From contig NC_043005.1 in the NCBI RefSeq assembly GCF_006345805.1, forward strand, positions 47,244,001-47,308,000: a stretch of 64,000 bases of DNA. Reading direction: 5' to 3'. The notes beneath the pieces were generated by a model. That model was not told the DNA's origin. It was given only the letters and a program-made list of their open reading frames with translations, and did not search any database. The stretch's first letter is position 1, and the number at the start of each line of letters is the position of its first letter. Below are positions 48,868 through 60,900 of this stretch, piece after piece. A program made the translations under genes and the position numbers. The DNA comes from Octopus sinensis. Taxonomy: Eukaryota.

Positions 48868-51311
48868 CTGTTGAAAATCGAACTCCACATTAATGGCTTC
48901 TATAATTTTATTTGAGAAGGGAAAGCAATACTTCCTTATTATATGAAGACTGTAAATGCCTGTGTATGCTTTCTCAGAGTAGGTCACAGAAACTAGGTAC
49001 AATTGCGAAGGATAATGTTTTAAAACATTGTTAAGCTCTTTTGACAAAAGTCACTTTAGCATCGAACAAACTCCATATAATATTAGTAGGCTTCCGGTAA
49101 TCTGAATTTTTGACATAGGTTGCATTTCCGGTTGAATTACTTTACTCCTCGAATCAAAATTTTCTCACCGTAGCCAATTACTTTGAGAGAGATGAGCTAC
49201 TAAAACCTGAGTTACTCTGAACATATTATACGTCTTTAAGGTGGAGAGCCATTGACCTATTAATGAGCATGAAACACTTTTCGTTGTTTCTCTAACGCCA
49301 TCAACCATAACAGCTTTCCACTTGTCCACGCAACCTCTCACAACTATAAGAAAACTTTCCCGCTATGATAGTGACTACACTAATCGACAACGAAGCATAT
49401 ATTTTGACTAGAATAACATATTTATCTCTAAATCGGATGTGGATACATAATTTTGCTGTTAAATTATTATCTCATCAATCATGAATAGTATTTAGTAATA
49501 GGAAATAATCATTGCATTCTTATCTCCGCTTATTTCTAGTAACATTCCAGATTTCAAAAGAGGTTTTGAATGACATTAGCCTTAATTAAACAGTAAAGCT
49601 TTATAAAGAAAATTTTCAGCATTAGGAAACCACATTATTGTCACCTTTGAGTGACATTCGCCATACAATTTAGGGTAATATTTCTGGAAACAATATAGCT
49701 TTTGGTCTAATATAACAAAAGGCATTTCAAATAGTAGTCGTAGCTGATGTTGTCGTGACTGATATATCTGATTTATCCGCAACTATCTTTTGAGGTGACT
49801 TTGTTTTTCCCTTCGGAACTAATTATTATGTTACTGAAATGTCAGGTAATAGCATCCTGTTTTCCATTCTGCGGTTATTTGTTAATAGATTTTAGATGAC
49901 GAATTTCACTGGGGCATTTTATATGTTTCTCACAACCTACCTAATATAGTATCTGATATAAACCAGTGACCTCATTAGGGACAATTTATGGAAACATTGC
50001 AGAACGTCAATGTTTTGTATGATTCGCATTTTCTCGGTGTTAAAAGTTTTTCGAATTATCAGATCTCCCTGAAAACAAATTTGGTAATTGCTTGCATATT
50101 TTGTTGTATTTTTATTGGTTTCTCTTATTTATCTAAACAAAAATAATCCCTTCAAGATTTGCATGTTTGCTTTTAGTTTGTTGTAATCTCAAAGGTTGAT
50201 TGCAACAATTTTTAATATTACTAAATACATATAGAGATCTAACTCCTTAAATGAAACATAACGTATGAATTTGGACACCAAAAGATTATGAGCAAAAGCA
50301 CTTGTAGCAACAAATGTTCACAGTAACATGAAATCATAACCAGTCGAAATGTTATAGTAAAAGGCCATGCTTTAACAGTTCATATACTTTTACTGCTATC
50401 GTGCTGTAAAGCAGATTAAATCTTGTACATTATGTAAATGTATTATTAACAATCTTGCTTAGTTTAATAATAAATTCTCCGCACCTTTCTTTCACCACCA
50501 TTGAAAGGACAGAGCACCGCATCCTTAGTCATAGCTACGACGAAATTAATCGCGTCCGTCATCACTCCATGCCACCTCAAGTACATGGTTTTACAAAAGG
50601 GCCTAATTTTACAGCAGCAGCAGATATGTTTATTAAACTTATATATCTCTATTGATAACGTGCACCGTATTGTTGCTCAAGTTATTTACTCCTAATTGTT
50701 TTTTTTAGGAATAAATAGGCGCCATCAGAGTCACAGCTTTCAGCTTTACTTAAAGGGTGGTGATGCATAACCGCTAAGTGATTTCTTATCTTGCAATAAG
50801 TGCCGATATATCTGTAAGTTTTGCTCATTAAAACTTGCAATATATGTTATTGATGCAATATCTGTTTCTTAGAACTTTTCAGTTAATAGACACAATGTCA
50901 CTCAGAGTTATTTAATAGAGGTAAAAGTGCGCAGGTATGTTTGTGTGGTTAAGAAGTTTGCTTCGCAAATACGCAGTTTCGACTTTGATACGTCAACGTT
51001 GTAATTCTGGACATTGGTTTCTGCTACAACCGCCAGTTAACTGGTTCTGTTTGTGAGTGGAATTCGGTTGCCAGAACCTGTATGTGTGTGTGTGTCTATT
51101 CAGTTTGTATATGTATGCATCTTTCACCGCTGCGTGTCGAGGAAACCGAGTGAGAAAACCGATAATCTGGTGTTTTACGAACGAACTCCTTTTTGGTCCT
51201 TGTTCTGTATCGAATTAGAGACACTTTCTTGTTATCCTCCTTGTCACAAACAGTGATTGGCTCCGTTGGGGACATTTTGCCTCCGATATACTGCTGATCA
51301 TCAGTTGCGAT

Positions 51312-51430
51312 ACAGTTCTATATTTAAGAGATGAGGAATTATGTACACATCAGGTATATCAGCCGAAACATGTTTACAACAAACAAGATGAGGACAAATA
51401 TCCGTCAATTGTAAATAATTTAAATAACGT
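51312..51430. mobile_element. 119-bp insertion with 12-bp TSD, Penelope-like footprint
   Basis: ATCAGTTGCGAT at 51300-51311 and 51431-51442; internal CAGCC-GAAACATGTT resembles the 3' half of a hammerhead. Confidence 0.6.
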
Positions 51431-52030
51431 ATCAGTTGCGATGTCAAATATAACAAATAATTTTCTGCAATTGAAAATACACATATTTACTATTCGACAG
51501 CACCTAACCTTAATATCCAAAATCTAGTTTGTCTACCAATTACTTAACCCACACTTTAGCCAATAAAGAAAATCAGCAACAACAAACAGATGAAAAGAAT
51601 TAATCATTATTAAAAAATTCATCTTTGACAACATTCGTTCTTGATATTATTAAGTTCGTAATAGACAATATTATATTTGATATTATTATTAAGAATCTTG
51701 AGAAATGATATTATAAATCTAGTTTACTATGTTTCTAAAACTTTTTAAGCATATTCAGAGGAGTAAGGGCAGTGTCTATGATCTTGTTCAGTTCTCTCCT
51801 GGAATAATATATGGAAGTTGAGTTATTCTCAGACTTGAAACTTAGCCTCAATGTTCGCAACAGATTGAATTCCACCACAAAAGTTACCCGAAAGTCAAGA
51901 AATAATGTTAAACCAGGCGTGAAAGAAGTTTGTCACCAAAGAAGAAGAACAGTCCTTCCAGCTAGGTTCCATAAAGTTTCTATCTGCCAAATTTCACTTC
52001 CAAGTCTTTGCTGTGTGAGAAGATACTCAC

Positions 52031-52039
52031 CGACGCTTG
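52031..52039 (-). CDS. Candidate 9-nt microexon (CAAGCGTCG)
   Basis: ttgtgctctactttag|CAAGCGTCG|gtgagt: consensus donor, frame-preserving length, UGC about 13 nt upstream of the exon. Confidence 0.3.
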
Positions 52040-52861
52040 CTAAAGTAGAGCACAATGATATCGAACGTGCAGCATTACTTTCACGGCAGTGGAATCTTTA
52101 ACCAAACCAAGAAGATTCTACTGTGAAGGATTATACATCTAGTTACTGTGAGTAGTTATTTTGGGGTCACTGAAATACTTACCAGTAATACTCAGTACCT
52201 CACATCATTTAATTTTATCTACGCTGTCTCAGAAGTTGAATTCGCAAAATCGTTAGAACGTCGGATAAAAAGCTTTCAGATATATAGTTGTGACCAATGT
52301 TTTCTGAGTTCAAATTCCACTGAGATCTACGTTGCTTGCATACTTCCAGGATTTGATAAAATAAAGTATTATTTTACTGCTGAAGTCGATATAAACAACT
52401 AAACCTTTCCTCAACAGTGTATGCCCTTGAACCAATATCAGAAATCAGTATTTGTATGTAAATAATTAACTTATGATAAACATCATACTACTTTATATAT
52501 ATATATTTTTTTTTTTTTTGTAAAATCTCATAATGTCCTAACAATTTTATGATGGTAGTCGCTTATCTAGTCCTCGTTAAGTTCCTTAATTTTTCAAAAC
52601 TTAAACCCTCTTAACACGTATAAGCTCCTTTCCTCTATCTACTCCCTACCTAAGTTTCGAATAAATTGTTTCTTAATCGGTACAGTTTGTTTGTTTATTT
52701 GTTGGTTGACTTTTTTTTTCTCTTCTCGCGTACAGCGTTACAAACTTCGATAGACACTAAAAGGTGCAGCTGATATATATTTTTGTGAGGAAATGATATC
52801 CTCTTTTCATGCATGCGACTTTTAAGCATAAATAATTTGCTTTATGGAGTCGATCGATTAG

Positions 52862-53060
52862 ACATTTATTGATCTCGTATACCAATACACATAAACAATT
52901 TACTCTTTGAAGACGATTGGTAAAACATTCATTGATTTAATATAGCAACACGCATAAAGAATTTTCTCTTTGAAGTCAATCGCTGTGACATTCATTGATC
53001 TCGTACAGCAATAGACATAAACATTTTGTTCTGTGAAGACGATCACGAAGACATTCATTG
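52862..53060. repeat. 63-bp minisatellite, about 3.2 diverged copies
   Basis: ACATT(C/T)ATTG recurs at 52862, 52925, 52988 and 53051. Confidence 0.9.
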
Positions 53061-53218
53061 GTCACATACATATCGAAAAATCCGCATCTGGAAATATATG
53101 TGTATATGTACATTATATACATACATACATATATATATATATATACACACATATATATATACATTAATACATTATATATATATATAGTGTATTTTATATG
53201 TGTGTGTTTAGGTGTAAG

Positions 53219-53267
<49 letters not shown>

Positions 53268-53669
53268 ATATATGTATGTATGTGTATATATATATATACA
53301 TATATATTCTCTTTTGAATCAAACTTTCAGTTTTGTGATACTCTCATGTCAATATCACAGTACAAGAAACTGCATGATTTATTAGTGATCTATCCCCAGT
53401 TAATTTTCTTTTGGCATTACCCTTCACCTTCTGAAATACTCAAATCACTTTAAATCTATTTTTCCGACAACAAATCTGTTCTAAAGAATACTTTACTTGC
53501 TTTCCTTTCCTGAAAATATCCCAGATGAAGTCCCATCATTTCTAGTAAAACAACATTATTTTTATCTTCGAATTCACTAGTCCGGAACTTGCCAGTATCA
53601 TCTGAATCCCAACACGCAATTTTTCATTCATATTATCTTTACAAACGTTCGTGTTGTTAACCCTTTTAC

Positions 53670-53680
53670 CTGCCTTAATG
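53670..53680 (-). CDS. Candidate 11-nt microexon (CATTAAGGCAG)
   Basis: ttgcttcacttctatttctacttctacag|CATTAAGGCAG|gtaaaa: long polypyrimidine tract and a good donor. Confidence 0.22.
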
Positions 53681-54569
53681 CTGTAGAAGTAGAAATAGAA
53701 GTGAAGCAAATCTAAAACAATGTATTCCAACAACATTACTTTCTTACCCAATATTGATATGAGCAGAGCGGCATTTTCATGATATTTGATAGAAGAATAT
53801 AAATATAAATTCTTTCATACGCAGCTACTGGGGATAACCAGAAACATATAATACCTACGATAGAATTATTGTAAAAAGTATCTCTGTAGAGTCTATTTTT
53901 CTTCCGTTAACTTCAATAGATTTTATAACGTCGACCGACCATGGTCAATAAAACCTCTTGGGACATTCCCCAACCTAACAAAATTAACAGTTTTATTATT
54001 TATTGACAAAACCAAAAATTTATTTTTTATCGTTTTCATATTGAATTTCTTGGTGATTAATAGGGGAATCTTGCTTGAAGAATTTCTTACAATGAGAAAT
54101 TTGTAAAAATAGAGTTGGATTGGTTAGTCGCCAATAATATGATATAAAATTATAAGTCCTGCCTGAGTCTGTTATTAGACAGTTCATAGGGATGTATTTT
54201 GTTGTCCTGAACATTTTTTAAAAAGGATATTAAGAAATAACACTAAAGTAATTTAAAATCATAAAAAATAAGATTTTAAGAAGTGTGCTTGAAAACAAAG
54301 GAAATATAAAAACATATAAGAAATTTTGAAAATGATTTTCTATGTAAATGTAGTAAGAAGTCTGCTTCTCTATCAGGTGGTCTCAGTTTCATTCTCGATG
54401 TGTGACGCCTTGGGTAAATGTCACCAGCTATAGAGCCCAAGCCGACCAAAGTAGATTTATCTGACGGAAACTGAAAGAAGTCCGTCGTATGTGTGTGTTT
54501 GTTCCCCACCACTGCTTGATTGTCAGTGTTGGCTTGTTTAGGTTGCTGTAACCTGATATATATATATGA

Positions 54570-54860
54570 CCTGGCGGTTAGTGTTGCCCTCACGATCGGG
54601 AGATGGGGGTTTCAATTCCTAGACCGGGCGGTGCGTTGTGTTATTGAGCAAAACACTTCATCACGCGTTGCTCTCCGATCACTTCGACACCTGACGTATG
54701 GTTCACCGTTCACCTGTTCAGACAACATCGATTTGGTGATGGGACTGAGCTAAAGTACAGTATATACATTATATTTGATCACTATAAACAAATCATTTGT
54801 ACAGGTCTTTCGGCAAAAGCTGAACGCTCGTAAGTCGTCATCAACGGAAGAGTCCATCAT
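54570..54860 (+). mobile_element. CORE-like tRNA-derived SINE, family A-related
   Basis: GTTTCAATTCCTAGACCGGGCGG..TTGAGCAAAACACTTCAT..CGTTGCTC. Confidence 0.7.
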
Positions 54861-55660
54861 ATATATACCTACATGTATTTTCCGCTCATTCTATTTCTCT
54901 TTTTAATCGTTTCTCTTTCCATATTTCTATTTTCTTCCCTGCAGTAGTAGTTGTAGTAGTAGTAGTAGTAGTTTCATCCCTAGTCAAACCTTATCGAGCA
55001 GAATTTCAAAAGACCTTCCAGCCGCGACCATTCTCATGTTTTAAGACTACATAGGACCACACTATCCATTGTATTCTTTCTTCACTTAAGGCGAACGAAA
55101 CGTAATGTTATTTACTATTGGTCAAGGTATCCCGTGGAGGGTCCTCGTTCTTCCTTGCTTACGTCATATTCCTCTTTATATTGAGCATGTCCCGTTTTCC
55201 CATTGTTTGCTTAAACCAACGATGTCAAGCTTGTATGACTTCGGTGGGGGGCCGGATTAAAGCATGAACTAGATCCCATTGGCTGGATAGAGACAATTAT
55301 TCTTAAATATATTGTTCATAATATGTATAGGCTAAATTAAATGGATAGAGTGGTCGATAAAGATTATGACACTTTATAAACAATAAAGAAAGGAAAGAAC
55401 ATGAAGTTTTAGCAAAGATGCGTGAGAAAATTTATCCACAGACTGATTAAGTAAAAGTCCTTTGGGTGAGAATTTGTTCCCATGAATGAATACAGTTCTT
55501 GAACAGACTAATATCTTAGGAAAAACAATATCTCAGTTGCAAAATATTGCAATGTCGTTCAAATCTCTAGAACGAATTGATTTAATTAATCGCATCTTCA
55601 TCAAACACACACACACACACAGACACACACACACATATATATATATATATGCACACACAT

Positions 55661-55890
55661 AAGTAAGCACAAAGAGGTGAAAAAATAGTACTCGAATTCC
55701 GAAGGTAGAGTAATATGCTTTTTTATTAAAGTTCCAAAAACATCACAAAAGCTGCAACTCATAGTTTCGCGATCTTGTTCGTCGGGCAATTGTGATCAAG
55801 AATCTTGATCACAACTGCCTGATGAACGGGCACGTGAAACTCTGAGCAGAAGTTTTTATGATGTTTTTGCAGCTTTAATAAAAAAAAAAG
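55661..55890. mobile_element. Family D Penelope-like element as a head-to-head inverted pair, two hammerhead-like motifs
   Basis: ~80-bp arms (55720-55800, 55804-55887) around TGTGATCAAG-AAT-CTTGATCACA; CTGATGA..GAAACTCTGAG on + and CCGACGA..GAAACTATGAG on -. Confidence 0.75.
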
Positions 55891-55924
55891 TGTGCATACA
55901 TGTATATATATGTGTGTGTGTGTG

Positions 55925-56137
55925 TGCAATGGCCCAGTGGTTAGGGCAGCGGACTCGCGGTTTCGATTCCCAGACCAAGTGTTGTGAGTTTATTGAACGA
56001 AAATAGATAAAGCACCACGAGGCCCCGGCAGGGAGTGGCGGCGAACCCTGCTGTACTCTTTCACCACAAATTTCCCTCACTCTTTCTTCCTGTTTCTGTT
56101 GTATCTGTATTTCAAAGGGCCAGCCTTGTCACACCCT
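55925..56137 (+). mobile_element. Family B SINE, 3'-truncated with deletions
   Basis: GCAATGGCCCAGTGGTTAGGGCAGCGGACTCGCGG head and CTGCTGTACTCTTTCACCACAA body. Confidence 0.85.
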
Positions 56138-57719
56138 GTTTTATAGCCCATATATTATTTTAATATAGCCGTATTGGTAGAATCGGTAAGCACCTGAAAA
56201 TCGCATTGCAGTTTTCCTTCCCATTCCCTTGTTCAGGATTCAACTATTTGCCAGCATCAACTTTGGCTTATATCCTTCAGGGTCGACATAATCGACTGAC
56301 TCCAACCCCAGAATTTCTGGCTTTGTGTCTTTCTAAGAAGACATTATCACAGTATCTAATATAACTTTCAAATTTATTTAGTGACATTTTAAAAAGTGAT
56401 TTACTACTTATAAGCAAGTTTTGAACAAATTATTTTATATATAATGGAAGAGTTGGTTAGGAAGATATTTTGTAGAAGAGACATGTCAAGCGAAATTTAA
56501 TATATTTCTTTTCTATGTAATGCGAGGGCGGTCTGCAATTGAGTTAACTGACACAAATGTTTTGTTAGAAAATTGTGAAAAATTTATCATTTTCGAAGTT
56601 ATATATAAACAAGTCGCTATTGATATCATACAGTTCTTTATAGCCAAAATGCCTGATGTCGTAATCATTGGTTACTTTTAGTATTATAATATATTTTGTG
56701 TGTCAACTTCGTAGACATTCTCTGAATATTTTGGTGCGAGGTAATATCGATTTATTTGCGTTTCTCAGCTACTATACCATGATTTGTATGTGAAATTACA
56801 AAGGAAGCATACATAGATATTTGTGAGTTGACTGGAAGAAAGTTTTTGCATCTTTTAAAGCAAAAATTTATTTGGGGATTTATCTTAGTAACATAACGTA
56901 TCCGTTTAATTTTCTCATCTAATTGAATTGTTATTTATTCCCAGGTTAACCGTGATTGAGCAAGACATGATCAAAAGAACATTTCATTCAGTATTTCTTT
57001 TAGCGTTGTGTTTCTAGAACTATATTATCCAAAGTACCCTTCGGTTTTGTTTTATTCTTTTAGATGACTGTGCGCAATTTCTGGACAATATTTTGCAACT
57101 ATCATTATCAGATCGTATTACACATAGAAGTTTTTACATTGGTTCGATTTATATTCAGTATATGAGCAATAGGTTCAATAACTGACTAAAGTAAGCAATA
57201 TTTTTATATTTTTTAATGGATAAGTATTATTATTTATGGTCCAAACCTAGAAGCATCGGCAATCATAAACGTCTAAATTTTCCTTTTTTCCCCTATAGAA
57301 CCATTTGGTTCGTCATTTTGTAACTTGCTAGTTAGGACATCATTCTGTTAATTCTAATTCTTTTATTACTTCACTGTTCCTCTTTTTATTTTTTGAGAGT
57401 ACTTTAGTGTCTCTTCCTCATAGGAGTGCACTGGTATTTGCAAAACGAAGCTGATGTAATTCTTTTTAATGAATGCATGAAACAGATGCAGAAAATGCCA
57501 AGAGCTGTATTACTTCTGGAGGCCTAAAGTAACTTAGCATAGATACTGCATCTGATCCGTTTATTTGCTACATGACATAAATGATAAAGTTGTGATTTTG
57601 AAATCAGATTTTCATCTTCTACGATATCAAAAGTACATTTATTTTTTTTTAAAGTTTAATACTATCGACGTTATGGAGGTTGAAATAACATCAACCATTT
57701 CATCTAAACGTTGTGAAAT

Positions 57720-57890
57720 ATAATGGATAACTGAATGACCTTTCCTGAAGCCACACTGGTGGTGGTGTAAGCACTTAGATAGAAATTTAGAAATTTGATA
57801 TGGCAGATTTCTCGAAAGTCTGAATAAGCTAGCAGTATGCTAATTGCACGATAGTTGGTGGAGTCATGATTATCTGCACAGTAGAATAAA
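57720..57890 (-). mobile_element. Ancient LINE RT remnant
   Basis: DSTNYRAISILLAYSDFREI resembles the NYRPISLL...K.FEK RT domain 1 motif. Confidence 0.35.
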
Positions 57891-58209
57891 TTTTGCATAT
57901 CTGACTTTGTTGCGAAATCTGTCTCTATATGCGAATTACTTCTTATTACGGTATGTCATAATATATAACTTTTGAAATTGCTGATGTACGATAGAATCAC
58001 ATGAGAGTTGCTCTGTTTTCTTCATATTTCTTCATACAATTATTCAATTTTCAATCAAAAATCGAGAAATTATATTTTGCAAATATGATTCGATAAAAAC
58101 GAAATAACCAACCAGTGTACCTTGCTAAAATAAGACTATCTTCTTTATCGAAACGCATATTATTATGTTAGGGTATGTTTCTATTTGCAGTTATGTAATT
58201 TGGATTTCA

Positions 58210-58287
58210 AATATTTATATATATACATACATATATATTCATATATATATATACATATATATATATATACATATATATATACATACA

Positions 58288-58327
<40 letters not shown>

Positions 58328-58486
58328 CATACATATATATATACATACATATATATATACTTACATATATATATACTTACATATATACATATACATACAT
58401 ATATATATACATATATATATATATATACATACATATATATATACATACATATATATATGCATACATATATATATATACATATATTC
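58210..58486. repeat. (TA)n/(TACA) microsatellite complex
   Basis: Direct reading. Confidence 0.95.
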
Positions 58487-59639
58487 CTATAACCAAATAT
58501 TTTTATTCTCCTTTTTATATATAACACTTCTTATATTGTACCACTCGAAGATCTAGATATTTCTCAAGAAGAATGTCTCAAGCAGAATGTCATTTTGTCG
58601 TAACACATAGTTGTGGATGCACATTTGTTATTATAACAAAATTTAAGGAAAAACATCAACCTTAGTTTATTCACAAATATAGCAATCAAACTTGTGATAC
58701 AGCCTTAAATATATTTAATTCTTGAGCAACTTTCCTTCTCTAATCTTTACAGATAAAGTTCATCATTAATGAACTTTAATGGACAATAACATCCTTATAC
58801 TGTTTAGTGTTTATACTGTTTAGTGTTTTGTACCCTGAACCATATGACTGGGAAGCACATTTTTTTTACCACATAGCCCCACATCTGAAGAAATATTCAC
58901 ATGTTTCAGAGTATTTCCTGAAAATGCGTTCTCTTCCTTAAACACGCAATTCAGTAACCTGTTGACAGGATTCATTCTGTTTTTGCTTCTTCCATTTTTT
59001 TCTCACACGTCTTCTGTAGTTTTTAATCCTTATACAACCATATGTAACTCACATTTTCGCATTTAAGTCTCACTCAATATAAATACTTCCAACTTCAAAT
59101 CCGTACGCAAAACTTAGCCAGTACCTTTCCTCCAAAAACTGCATTTTATTTCCTCACGTTGATTCGTTTAAATGCGTTTCAATGCTATTGTTTTGTCCAA
59201 GGGTATATAATGAAGGTTTCAGCTTGATAATGGAGATTGTTAAACATTTTTGAGTAATGAAAAATATTGAGATAGGAAATATGATAAAGGAGGAAACATC
59301 GTTGTCTGTGCTACAGCAAGCTTCTTGGCAGAATATGGTCTTCCACTAATATTTTACAATACCTCTATTATTTTTGCTAATTTAAAAGTCAATTTCTCCT
59401 ATCATTGGCAATGGAAAACAATACGATTCAATTAAAGCATTATATTATTCCTGAAAATTTCTATGTATTAGAGAAGAACGAGACAAACTATAGATTTATT
59501 TATTTTCTACCCAGCAAAATGATCTCATTTAAAGTTATTATCACAAAATTATATCATTTTGACGGCAATTTCACTGACCTATAAGTTAATGGAAATTAAA
59601 TAACTATAAACATAATTTCATAACCAAATAATGATTTCT

Positions 59640-60900
59640 CTCGACTCGACGCAAACGAACTTTTTAGTGTGTCCGAAATATTGTAAATTAAGTCAGCCCT
59701 TATCTATTACTTTCTGGCTGTCTGAAACACAGACCCAATATACTTGAAGTCACAAATCTCTTTAAGTTGTGTGCTACAATTAGAATAAATTGGCTTTCAT
59801 CCTCATTAGTGATCATGTAGTTTACATTACACTAGGTACCAGATGAACCTTGGCTGCAGTATCCTCAAGAAATGTTAAAGTCTTTCGCATCACACATTTG
59901 ATGAGCTGTGAGGGCAAGATCGTCAGTATAGTCAAGATCAGAGAGACGCAAACTCTACTGATGTCTTGATAGCTTTTGCTTGAAGATTAGGCCTTTCTCT
60001 TGGATGAGATAAAAATTTTGCCAAAGTGCGTGGTCCAGCACAAACACATTGAGGAAAGAAGTTAGGGTATCTCCCTGAAGGATTCCTTCAGGTGCTGGGA
60101 AACTCTTTTGTCGGACTGTCTGTGCTTCGCACAAAGTTTGGTGTGTTTTCACACATGATGGTAATGGTTTTGACAGTACCATTTGGAATACTCGTAGTTT
60201 AACAAATTGCGTACTATAACCTTTCAAATGTCTTGGAGAAATTCACAAATACAATTGATGCTTTTATTTGGAGATCCTGAGCTCCTTTATGATAATTCTA
60301 AGAACAATAATTTGTTAATAGTGTCAATCTGTCTTTGCAGAACCCATTTTGCTCTCGTCGTTGGATAAGATCGGTGTAAAAGAAAATTCTGTTTAAAAGT
60401 ATAGTGCTCTAAATTCTTGAGACTAGAGGTGAGAGAAATTCACGAATATAATTAAACATTTTGCATGAAGAGTCTGAGCTTTTCTGCGATTATTTTAAAG
60501 GTAAATTATGCAGTAGTGTTAATCTTCCTTTCAGCATTTCGCTTTAGTTCCGTCGTAGAATAGAATAAACATGAGACGTTCTATAAAGAAACATGGAGTT
60601 GCAGATATTCGAGTATAGAGGTTAGAATACTTTGTAGTTCAGAGGCATGTAAAGGGCACATTTCTTTGGGAGTGAAATAACTGAAGACTTCGGAAAGGCT
60701 TTTGGTTGGTTTCCTTTACAATTATCCTTAATAAAAGTCCCAGATTTTTGGATCATTAGAAATGCAAGTGACAAGATTAGACTGCCTATAACAAGCTTCA
60801 TAATAACTTGCAATCTATTGTTTCAAAGTCAATGAAGTTGACCTTCTTCAAAGCATGTGGATAAATCATTCTTCTCTATGAAGCCAAAATTCCAATTATG
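59640..60900 (-). mobile_element. RTE-clade LINE RT remnant, heavily decayed
   Basis: Minus-strand SSVISLPKK..LNYK (domain 1), GILQGDTLTSFLNVFVLDHAL (QGD motif) and DLDYTDDLAL (YADD motif). Confidence 0.8.

Noticed and set aside
56700-57530. Several plus-strand acceptor/donor pairs that can be joined into short peptides
   Set aside because: Several mutually incompatible solutions and no recognisable product; expected by chance in T-rich DNA.
58900-59200. Possible LINE endonuclease remnant (DLNAK..)
   Set aside because: Too degraded to support a feature call.
60677-60700. CTGAAGACTTCGGAAA
   Set aside because: Lies inside the RTE remnant; stem II is only 1 bp and there is no stem I or III.
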